DNA from: an uncultured Actinomycetota bacterium
GTDB taxonomy: Bacteria > Actinomycetota > Acidimicrobiia > Acidimicrobiales > Bog-793
Length of the DNA: 64,000 nucleotides
Direction: 5' to 3'
Assembly: GCA_963735115.1 (NCBI GenBank)
Contig: CAVTJR010000003.1
Coordinates: forward strand, 1,096,641 to 1,160,640
Shown: piece after piece, positions 8,246 to 16,216 of the stretch
How the letters are laid out: each line of letters opens with the position of its first letter
Numbering within the stretch: the first letter of the stretch is position 1
Notes under the pieces: model-generated
Told to the model about the DNA's origin: nothing
The model's input: the letters and a program-made list of their open reading frames with translations, nothing else
Database searches by the model: none
Translations under genes and position numbers: made by a program

Positions 8246-9515
8246 GACGATTGCTCTCCACGGCGGGTACACACCTGATTCGACGAAGGCCGTGGCGGTG
8301 CCTATCTATCAGACCGTCGCCCATGAGTTCGACGACGCCGATCATGCGGCAGCCGTGTTCGACATGGACATCCCGGGGTTCCACTACAACCGGCTGAACA
8401 ACCCAACCAACCAGGTTCTGGAGCATCGCCTTGCAGCCCTTGAACTCGGCGTCGGCGCCCTCACGCTCAGCTCGGGCACAGCGGCCGTGCTGTACTCGTT
8501 GCAGAATCTCGCCGGCCTCGGTGACAACATCGTCTCCGCCCCGCAGTTGTACGGAACGACCTACACCCTGTTCGTGCACATCCTGCCTCAGCAGGGTCTC
8601 GAGGTTCGCTTGGCGGCGGACGACACCCCAGCCGCCATGGAAGCCCTCATCGACGACCGCACGAAGGCGATCTTCTGCGAGAGCATCGGCAACCCCGCCG
8701 GCAACGTCGTCGATCTCGAGGCCGTAGCGGCGCTCGCCCACTTCCACGGCATACCGCTCATCGTCGACAACACGGTGGCCACGCCGATGATGATCAAGCC
8801 CGTCGAGCACGGCGCCGACATCGTCGTGCACTCGCTGACGAAGTTCGTCGGCGGCCACGGCACGACGCTGGCGGGAGGCATCGTCGACAGCGGCAAGTTC
8901 CCGTGGGCCGACCACCCGGACAGGTTCCCCATGTTCTCCCGACCGGAACCCTCCTTCCACGGGGTCGTATACCCAGAGCGCTTCGGTGACGCCGCCTATA
9001 TCGTGCGCTGCAGAACGGTGGGTCTGCGAAACGCCGGGGCGACACTGTCGCCGTTCAGCGCCTTTTTGGTATTGCAGGGTCTCGAGACCATGTCGGTCCG
9101 ACTCGACCGCCACGAGGTGAACGCCCGAGCTGTTGCCGCCTACCTCGCCGAGGATCGGCGCGTCTCCTGGGTGGACTTCGCCGGTTTCCCCGATCACCCC
9201 TATCACGAGCTTTCTGAGCGCTATCTGAAGGGGCGGTGCTCGTCGCTGTTCACCTTCGGTGTCGTCGGTGGCTATGACGCCGGCTTGCGGTTCTTCAACT
9301 CGGTGAAGCTCTTCAAGCGACTCGTCAACCTGGGGGACGCCAAGTCGCTCGTGAGCCATCCGGCCTCGACCACCCACCGACAGCTGACAGCCGAGGACCT
9401 GAAGGTCGTAGGCGTCACGCCGGACATGATCCGACTGTCGGTTGGGATCGAGCACATCGACGACATCATCGAAGACATCGACCAAGCGCTGAGTGCCGCC
9501 TGCGGCGCCGAGTAA
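8232..9515 (+). CDS. metY: O-acetylhomoserine sulfhydrylase / aminocarboxypropyltransferase (PLP, Cys/Met-metabolism family)
   Basis: 427 aa with PLP-lysine motif HSLTKFVGGHGT. N-terminus TIALHGGY..PIYQT. Overlaps the metA stop by 14 nt. Confidence 0.9.
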   Translation: MVRDETIALHGGYTPDSTKAVAVPIYQTVAHEFDDADHAAAVFDMDIPGFHYNRLNNPTNQVLEHRLAALELGVGALTLSSGTAAVLYSLQNLAGLGDNIVSAPQLYGTTYTLFVHILPQQGLEVRLAADDTPAAMEALIDDRTKAIFCESIGNPAGNVVDLEAVAALAHFHGIPLIVDNTVATPMMIKPVEHGADIVVHSLTKFVGGHGTTLAGGIVDSGKFPWADHPDRFPMFSRPEPSFHGVVYPERFGDAAYIVRCRTVGLRNAGATLSPFSAFLVLQGLETMSVRLDRHEVNARAVAAYLAEDRRVSWVDFAGFPDHPYHELSERYLKGRCSSLFTFGVVGGYDAGLRFFNSVKLFKRLVNLGDAKSLVSHPASTTHRQLTAEDLKVVGVTPDMIRLSVGIEHIDDIIEDIDQALSAACGAE

Positions 9516-9559
9516 CATCTGGCGGTGTTCGGACATTGCTGCAGTCAAAGGAGAGTTCG

Positions 9560-9724
9560 TTGCACCATGCCATCGAGTGCATCGGCGACGATCCTCGGAC
9601 GCGGTCGGTGGTTCTGCGGTTGATCGGAGGCGCCTCAGCACTCACTGAGCCGCTCCACTTGGGGGTCCGGTTCGCCGCCCGCCTTGACGACGCCGGCGCT
9701 ACGGCGGACCTGGCGGGATCATGA
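9560..9724 (+). CDS. possible 54-codon coupling ORF or crotonase-like remnant
   Basis: AAGGAG 6 nt upstream of TTG 9560. Stop TGA overlaps the ATG of the next carrier-protein gene (ATGA). Third-position GC is high. No recognisable full domain. Confidence 0.25.
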   Translation: MHHAIECIGDDPRTRSVVLRLIGGASALTEPLHLGVRFAARLDDAGATADLAGS

Positions 9725-10014
9725 CCTTGGGAACGGAGCCATCGATGACCGACGAGATTCGCCGGGTGGTGGCCCAGCACGGTCGCCTCTCGGTCCCGAT
9801 GTCGCAAGTGGCGGACGACGACGACCTCTACTTCGCCGGCATGACCTCACACGCGAGCGTCAGCATGCTGATCGCCCTGGAGGAAGCCTTCGGACTGGAG
9901 TTCCCAGAGGAAATGCTGCGCCAGAGCACGTTTCAGTCGGTCAATTCGATCGCGGCAGCGCTCGACGTTCTGATCGAGGACAAAAAGGCCGCTGAGCTTG
10001 GCCCACGAACCTGA
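9721..10014 (+). CDS. stand-alone acyl/aminoacyl carrier protein
   Basis: 97 aa with DLYFAGMTSHASVSMLIALEEAFGLEF (Ppant-serine context). Stop overlaps the next gene. Confidence 0.75.
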   Translation: MTLGTEPSMTDEIRRVVAQHGRLSVPMSQVADDDDLYFAGMTSHASVSMLIALEEAFGLEFPEEMLRQSTFQSVNSIAAALDVLIEDKKAAELGPRT

Positions 10015-10915
10015 GGAGGATTTTCGCTCGGGGCTGATGACCGCCGGCCTGCTCATCGCCACCGAGGTCGATGGGATCTACCTCCGGTCCGGGAACTTCG
10101 AGAGCGTGGCACGCGCCATCGATGTCCTCGTGAGCGCGGCCGGATCGGATCAGAACGCTGAGGTCTTGCATCTGCCGGCAGTCATGCCGCGTAGCGTCCT
10201 CGAGCAGTCCGCCTACATCCGGGCGTTCCCGGACCTCGTCGGCTCGGTCAACACATTCGAGGGTAATGACGCCCTGCACATCGAGATCCTGCGCCGCCTC
10301 GAACGCGGCGAGGACTGGGCAGAGCTCTTCGGCCGCTCCGACGTGGTGCTCTGTTCGGCGGCTTGTCACCTGGTCTACCCGACGTGTCGTGGCCGGTTGC
10401 CCGAGGGTGGTCGACGCTTCGAGGTCTTCGGTCAGTGCTTCCGGCACGAGCCGAGCCTCGATCCGGCGCGGATGCAGGCCTTTCGCATGCACGAATTCGT
10501 CTACGTGGGCGACGCCGAGGGCGCCGTGGCCCATCGGGATGCCTGGCTCGAGCGGGCCGCCCAGCTGCTCGGCGGGCTCGGGCTTCCCGTCACGGCGGTG
10601 CTGGCGAGTGACCCCTTCTTCGGCCGGGCGGGCAAGCTGCTCTCGGCGAATCAACGGGCGGAAGCCTTGAAGCACGAGGTCGTGACCTCGGTGCAGCCGG
10701 GAGAGGGGCCGGTCGCCGTCGCGTCGTCCAACTGCCATCTCGACCACTTCGGCCGTGCTTTCGGCATCGAGAGCGCGGACGGAACCGTCGCCCATAGCGC
10801 CTGTGTCGGCTTTGGGACCGAGCGCATCGTGCTGGCGCTGCTGGCAGCGCACGGGCTCGACCCGGTGTGCTGGCCGTCCAACGTGCGCGATCAGCTGTGG
10901 CCGTCGAGGACTTGA
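9998..10915 (+). CDS. class-II aaRS-like amino acid:[carrier-protein] ligase (truncated SerRS-type catalytic core)
   Basis: 305 aa with motif-2-like CFRHEPS and motif-3-like VGFGTERIVLALL. No tRNA-binding domain. Cys/Glu/Cys candidates for the Zn site. Adjacent to a carrier protein. Alternative start ATG 10037. Confidence 0.75.
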   Translation: MAHEPEEDFRSGLMTAGLLIATEVDGIYLRSGNFESVARAIDVLVSAAGSDQNAEVLHLPAVMPRSVLEQSAYIRAFPDLVGSVNTFEGNDALHIEILRRLERGEDWAELFGRSDVVLCSAACHLVYPTCRGRLPEGGRRFEVFGQCFRHEPSLDPARMQAFRMHEFVYVGDAEGAVAHRDAWLERAAQLLGGLGLPVTAVLASDPFFGRAGKLLSANQRAEALKHEVVTSVQPGEGPVAVASSNCHLDHFGRAFGIESADGTVAHSACVGFGTERIVLALLAAHGLDPVCWPSNVRDQLWPSRT

Positions 10916-10933
10916 GGGCGGCGACCGCCCCGC

Positions 10934-13732
10934 TCAGCCGAGCGCCTTCGCCAGGGCCGTCACGATCGGCGTTCCCAGGCCAGTAGCCATGTCGTAATGC
11001 TTCGTGGCTGGGTAGAGGCCTCCGTTCGTCGTCGTGTAGTCGTTGTTGCCGACCTTGACGTCGTTGACGACGGCCTTGCCTTCGGCCACCAGCTTGTAGA
11101 GGGCAGGGTTCAAGAAGCCCAGCTTGTGGACCTTGCCCTTGTAGGCGTCGAGGAGGGCGGTCAATGCCGCCCAGAGGGGCGTGGCGGCACTCGTGCCGCC
11201 GACGACCGTCCACTTGCCGCCGAAGACGATGACGTAGCCATGGGACGGGTCGGCGCTGGCGGAGACGTCGGGGAGCTCTCGACAGAGCGTTCTGCCCGTG
11301 GCGCCGCAGGGGACCCCCGAACTGAGCGAGCTCACGACGCCGGGGCCGCGCTGGTACTTGGGCATCGTCCACCAGGAAGAGATGCCGCCCGTGCCGGCGC
11401 CCTCGGCGAACAGGGGCTCGTCCCAGACCGACTGCGTGGGCGCAGGGCCGAGCTTGGTGAGATCGGTGCCGCCCACGCCGGTCACGAACGGCTGCTCGGA
11501 CGGATCCTCCACGCTCAAGAAGAGCGGCATCCAGACGAAGCCGCCGGCTGCATCGGCAACCCAGGCATAGTCCAAGAGCGGGTCCGTGGCGACGGCGTAA
11601 GGGTCGGTGATACCCGTAATGAGCCTCGTCACCTTGTTCGTCCCGCCGGAGATGACCGCTACGCCGGCTCCGCTGCCGTCGGAGCCTTCAGCTGTGACCA
11701 GGACACCGCTCCCGTTCGGATCGACGGCCAGCGACGTGGGGATGACCAACCCACTTAGCGTCGCTGTCGCCACGAAGTCGCCGGTGCTCGCCTCCAGCAC
11801 CGTCACGGTGTCGCTCTCGGCGTTGCCGATGTAGAGCTTGTTCGAGGAGGCGTTGACGGCGAGCCCGTACGGCTCCTCGCCGACCGATACCTCGGCCAGC
11901 GTCAGCGAGGTGGGGCAGCCGCTCGTGGTGGTGGCGTCACATGCCGCGCCGCTGAACTCGCCAACTTCGTCGTCGCCGAAGTCGGTGAGGAACACCTGGT
12001 TGGTGGAAGCGTCCACCGCCACGTCTGCCGGCTCGTCGCCGCCGTATGCACCAACGATGGTGAGCGCCGACTCGTCGATGACGCCGATGTCGTCAATGCC
12101 GGCAAGGGCCACGTAGGCGGTGCCGGTGGCGCTGTCGACGGCGATACCGATGGGCTCGCTACCGGGGTCGTTGATGACCGTCATGGGGGTGGCGCTGCAG
12201 CCGGACTGGTTGGCGCTGTCGCACGTCGCCCCGTCGATCTCGGCGACGATGCCAAGGGCGTCTTCCGAGACCCAGAGTTGGTTCGTGGTCGGATCCACGG
12301 CGAGGCCCTCTGGCTCGGTCGTCGATCCGAGAGCGATCGTCCCGACGGTTTCGAGCGTGGCCTCGTTGGCGACGGTGATGTCCCCGGTGATCGAATTGGC
12401 GAAGTAAACGGTCTGGGTCGCCGGGTCCACGGCGACGGCGTCAGGCCCAGGAGGCTGGCTGATCTCGGCCGGCGAACCGTTCGCCATGCAGCCTTCCGAG
12501 CCCACGTCACCGTCGGCCACGAAGGTGGACTGCCCCTGGATGGCGGCCTCCTTGAAGATGGAGTTCTCCGCCTTGATGACTGACTCGGGGACGAAGACGT
12601 CACAGCCGAAGGGGGCGGTCGACCAGCTCGAGGAGATGACCTGTGCCTTGTCCTGAGTGACGATCTTGTCGTAGCCATCTGTCGGGCCCGTACCGCTCCC
12701 GATCGTCTCGTAGACCCGTACAGATGCCTTGGGGGCGAGGCCGATGACGGTTTCGATGTCGAGGGCCGCCTCAGGAGAGAAGTCGGCGTCCTTGCTTCCG
12801 CCGTCGACGGACACGTTCGTGAGCGGGACATGGGTGTGGTAGCAGGACTGGAACTTCGCGATGTCGCTCTTGGAGTACGTCTGCTCCTCGAACAGGGCGA
12901 TGGTGACGCCTTTGCCGAGATCGCCCTTGGCGAAGACCCCGTCGAAGGAGTACGCCTGCGCGAGCTGCGTCTCGGTCCAGCCGGAGAACTCCTTGGCCAC
13001 CGCCTTGGCTGTCGCGCAGGCGATGGGGCCGCTCGTGGGGACGACGGAGGGAACGGCCGTCAGTCGTGGGTGACGGTGGGCGGCGATCGGACCGGGCGCA
13101 CGTGAGCTGACGGTGTCGAGGCCGATGATCCCCTGCACGTCTCGGGCGATGGCGCTCGGCAGCGTGGGGGCGTCGGTGTTCACGATGGCCGTGGCCGGCA
13201 CGGTGCCGGCCGGCTGGCGGTAGAGGCGCAGTGAGACGTGCAGCGCTCTTTCCACGAGCCCGACGTTGGCGCTCACCGGGATGATCAGGTGGTCAGGGGT
13301 GATGGCGCCAGGCCGCAGGCCGGCCTGGCGAAGCACGGCCGTGACCGCCGAGATGGTGGCAGGCGTAGGCCCGAAGACGGAGGCGAATTGACCGCGGGCA
13401 AGGAAGTGGCCATAGAGGGGGTTGCCCGGGGTGGAGACGGCCGTGGCGAACGAGGTCATGGCCGCCGGGTTGCGCGGCTCGAGCACGACGTCGATGTGCA
13501 GTGGGGTAGCCGCCCGGGCGGCACCGAGCGGGTGGTCGGCCAGCGGGACGGCGGCGGCCTTGCCCACAGGGGCCAGGTACGACGTGAGCACGGCATGCAG
13601 GCGACCGGCGGACGCCGCTGCCTGGTCGCCGGCTCCAGCCGTGGCGAGAGCGACCAAAGCGGAGCACACGAGCAACGTCCCACCTAGGCGGAACCGAAAG
13701 TTCCGACGGCTCGTCCGGCGAGTGACCATCAT
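10934..13732 (-). CDS. secreted sedolisin (S53) peptidase with pro-kumamolisin-type propeptide and an internal 6-7-blade YVTN-like beta-propeller
   Basis: Signal peptide and activation domain. Catalytic blocks are AALDIETVIGLAPKASVRVYE, ISSSWS, ADGDVGSEGC, then about 330 aa of 40-50-aa repeats (DPxT..LYV.., ..P.GLAV). The core resumes at PFVTGVGGT and VVGGTSAATPLWAAL. Confidence 0.85.
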   Translation of the reverse strand: MMVTRRTSRRNFRFRLGGTLLVCSALVALATAGAGDQAAASAGRLHAVLTSYLAPVGKAAAVPLADHPLGAARAATPLHIDVVLEPRNPAAMTSFATAVSTPGNPLYGHFLARGQFASVFGPTPATISAVTAVLRQAGLRPGAITPDHLIIPVSANVGLVERALHVSLRLYRQPAGTVPATAIVNTDAPTLPSAIARDVQGIIGLDTVSSRAPGPIAAHRHPRLTAVPSVVPTSGPIACATAKAVAKEFSGWTETQLAQAYSFDGVFAKGDLGKGVTIALFEEQTYSKSDIAKFQSCYHTHVPLTNVSVDGGSKDADFSPEAALDIETVIGLAPKASVRVYETIGSGTGPTDGYDKIVTQDKAQVISSSWSTAPFGCDVFVPESVIKAENSIFKEAAIQGQSTFVADGDVGSEGCMANGSPAEISQPPGPDAVAVDPATQTVYFANSITGDITVANEATLETVGTIALGSTTEPEGLAVDPTTNQLWVSEDALGIVAEIDGATCDSANQSGCSATPMTVINDPGSEPIGIAVDSATGTAYVALAGIDDIGVIDESALTIVGAYGGDEPADVAVDASTNQVFLTDFGDDEVGEFSGAACDATTTSGCPTSLTLAEVSVGEEPYGLAVNASSNKLYIGNAESDTVTVLEASTGDFVATATLSGLVIPTSLAVDPNGSGVLVTAEGSDGSGAGVAVISGGTNKVTRLITGITDPYAVATDPLLDYAWVADAAGGFVWMPLFLSVEDPSEQPFVTGVGGTDLTKLGPAPTQSVWDEPLFAEGAGTGGISSWWTMPKYQRGPGVVSSLSSGVPCGATGRTLCRELPDVSASADPSHGYVIVFGGKWTVVGGTSAATPLWAALTALLDAYKGKVHKLGFLNPALYKLVAEGKAVVNDVKVGNNDYTTTNGGLYPATKHYDMATGLGTPIVTALAKALG

Positions 13733-13836
13733 GATTTTCCCCTCCTCGTCCGGGGTCCCCGCCCGGCGCCTCCGCTACCGTAGCCAACCCCGTTCGTCGC
13801 CGCAGGGGAACCGCCCGGTGGCGCCGCTCGGCCGGC

Positions 13837-13925
13837 TGCCTGCTCGCGATGATCCCCGGAGCGACAACGATTCCGGCCGAGTGCCTGCTCGGGACGATCC
13901 CCGGACGCGACAACGCCTCCGGCGA
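13837..13925. repeat. two imperfect ~45-bp direct repeats upstream of the S53 peptidase gene
   Basis: tgcctgctcgcgatgatccccggagcgacaacgattccggc versus tgcctgctcgggacgatccccggacgcgacaacgcctccggc. Each has CCGGA..TCCGG arms. Coordinates are approximate to a few nt. Confidence 0.55.
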
Positions 13926-14073
13926 AGGGGGGTGCCGGAGGCGGTCGCAACGCTTTGGAACAGGCTTCGTAAATTGTCGGCCGGCTGTCGGCTGGACTTG
14001 AGTCTTTGCCGAAAGTTTCTTCTCGCTTCCCACGCCGCCTGCGCCCGGCCGGTGGCGCCCGCTGCGGGCGCCG

Positions 14074-14235
14074 TCAGCCGGCGGCTTTGCGGGGACCGTG
14101 AGCCTGGTCGGGAGCTACCAACCAGGCGTACGCCTCGGCGAGGGTGAGGAGCGTCTCGGACGTCATGTTCCGCGAGGTGATCGCCTCCAGCATCCGCTCT
14201 CGCAGCGCGTCGACGATCTGATCTTGAGTGGGCAT
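14074..14235 (-). CDS. small hypothetical protein (53 aa)
   Basis: ATG 14235 preceded by AGGAGA at 6 nt. Helical-looking sequence MPTQDQIVDALRERMLEAI... No family recognised. Confidence 0.4.
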   Translation of the reverse strand: MPTQDQIVDALRERMLEAITSRNMTSETLLTLAEAYAWLVAPDQAHGPRKAAG

Positions 14236-14275
14236 CTCGTTCTCCTGTGGGCGGTACCGGTGCCCCCGTCCTAGC

Positions 14276-16216
14276 ATGCGCGCAGTGCCTCCCTCAGGCT
14301 TGCGGCCGGCGCAAGATCGGCGCCGCATCGACCGATGCGTCGGACTCGATCACCCCAACCGGCGACGTGCAGCCGTCGTGCTCGGTTGCGGACTCCTCGT
14401 CGTCGCGCTCGCCCCCTGGTCGCCCTGGGCGCCGCCCCTGAGCGCCAGCCAGCTGTCGCCTGGCGGGCCCCGCCCCTTCGGGAGGCTGTCCTGCGAACCC
14501 CGCTACGGCATCCGCTTGTGCGTCGGCGGGCAGGTGAACGGAAAGGATCGTCGCGTCCCGAGCTTCGACGGCGTCCCCCTCGACGCCGACGTGGCCTTGC
14601 CAGCCACGGGCAGAGGCCCGTTCCCACTCATCGTCATGCTGCACGGCCTCGGCGGCTCCAAGACCGTTTGGGAGACGACGCGTGATGACGGCCTCCTCGA
14701 CGACGTCACCTTCGCTGCCATGGGGTACGCCGTGTTGATGTACACGGCGAGGGGTTTCGGCGACTCCTGCGGCACGGCGCAATCACGTGTTGGCACGCCT
14801 GCGTGCGCCGAGGGTTACATCCACGTCGCCGATCAGCGCTATGAGATTCACGACACCCAGTACCTCGCGGGCATGCTCGTCGACGAAGGGATCGCGCAGC
14901 CTGACATCGCCGTGCTCGGCATCTCCTATGGGGCGGCAGAGGCCCTCGAGCTGGCGGTGCTGAAGAACCGCGTGCGCGAACCGGACGGCTCGCTCGTGCC
15001 GTGGAGGAGCCCCAAACGGCGCATCCCGATGGAGATCGCGGCCGCCTACGCGGAGTGGCCCTGGGACGACCTCGCCTCCGCCCTCGCCCCGAACGGCCGG
15101 CTGCTGACGGCGACGGACGCCGGTCCGCAAAGCGACCTGCAACCCGTCGGCGTGGAGAAACAGTCGTGGGCCGATCTTCTCTACAGCGCCTCTACCGCTT
15201 TCTACCTGCCTCCACCGGGGGCGGAGGCGACGGCGAACATGACCGATTGGTTCGACGCCATCAGCGCGGGGGAGCCGTACGGGGCACCGGCTGAGGAGGC
15301 GCTGCAGGCGATGCAGGAGTACCACTCGCCCATCGACATCCCCATACCGGCCGGGGGCCCGGCCCCGACGGTGATACAGAACGGGTGGACCGACACCTTG
15401 TTCCCGGTCTCAGAAGCCCTCCACTACGCCGACAAACTGCAAGCCGCCGGCGTCCACAGCCCACTGCTGATGATCTTTGACGACGTCGGCCACGGCTGGG
15501 CGCAGAACAAGGCGGCCGACGTCCTCCTCCAGAACGCCAAGGTCATCGCCTTCCTCAATGCCGTTATGTTGCAGCATTCCACCCCGGAGACCGGTGTCAT
15601 CGCCGTGGGGACGACCTGCCCGAAGAGCGCTCCCTCGGGGCCTGTGCTGGACGCCTCGACGTTCGCCGGGTTGCAGGCGGGGGCGCTCTCGTTCGGCTCG
15701 CCGGCCGCACAAGTCGTGACGTCGTCCGGCGGCTCGCGCCAGGTGGCCGCCGAGCTCAACCCGGTCTACGCCCCGTATTGCCGGCAGCTGCCGGGCGCCC
15801 AGGAGCCGGGGACGGCCGTCTACCAGCTGGCCGTGGCGCAGTCGACGGCGGTCGTGGGCGGCCTCCTCATCCACGCCGAGCTGCACGTCACGGGCAGGTT
15901 CCCGGAGCTCATCGGTCGTCTCTGGGACCTCAACCCGAAGACCGGCTACCGCCAGCTCATCGAGGCCGGCGATCTGCGTCCGAGCGTCGACCAGGTAGCC
16001 GACACGACTTCGAGAAGCTCCGGGCGCCAATCCGTCACCTTCCAGCTGGAACCGAACCTCTACACGGTCCCCGCCGGGCACATCCTGGAGCTCGAGCTCG
16101 TTGGCAGCACGGCACCGTGGTTTCGGGCATCGAGCGGTCGATTTCGCATCACGTTGACCGGACTGACGGCGACGATCGGCAGAGCCAAGGCGGAAGCGTC
16201 CTCGCCTCAAGGGTAG
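14276..16216 (+). CDS. secreted CocE/NonD-family (S15-like) alpha/beta hydrolase
   Basis: N-terminal RRR + hydrophobic signal, LIVMLHGLGGSK, nucleophile elbow GISYG. C-terminal beta-sandwich pattern (..GRLWDLNPKTGYRQLI..AGHILELELVGS). Start chosen to avoid the small minus-strand gene. Confidence 0.75.
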   Translation: MRAVPPSGLRPAQDRRRIDRCVGLDHPNRRRAAVVLGCGLLVVALAPWSPWAPPLSASQLSPGGPRPFGRLSCEPRYGIRLCVGGQVNGKDRRVPSFDGVPLDADVALPATGRGPFPLIVMLHGLGGSKTVWETTRDDGLLDDVTFAAMGYAVLMYTARGFGDSCGTAQSRVGTPACAEGYIHVADQRYEIHDTQYLAGMLVDEGIAQPDIAVLGISYGAAEALELAVLKNRVREPDGSLVPWRSPKRRIPMEIAAAYAEWPWDDLASALAPNGRLLTATDAGPQSDLQPVGVEKQSWADLLYSASTAFYLPPPGAEATANMTDWFDAISAGEPYGAPAEEALQAMQEYHSPIDIPIPAGGPAPTVIQNGWTDTLFPVSEALHYADKLQAAGVHSPLLMIFDDVGHGWAQNKAADVLLQNAKVIAFLNAVMLQHSTPETGVIAVGTTCPKSAPSGPVLDASTFAGLQAGALSFGSPAAQVVTSSGGSRQVAAELNPVYAPYCRQLPGAQEPGTAVYQLAVAQSTAVVGGLLIHAELHVTGRFPELIGRLWDLNPKTGYRQLIEAGDLRPSVDQVADTTSRSSGRQSVTFQLEPNLYTVPAGHILELELVGSTAPWFRASSGRFRITLTGLTATIGRAKAEASSPQG

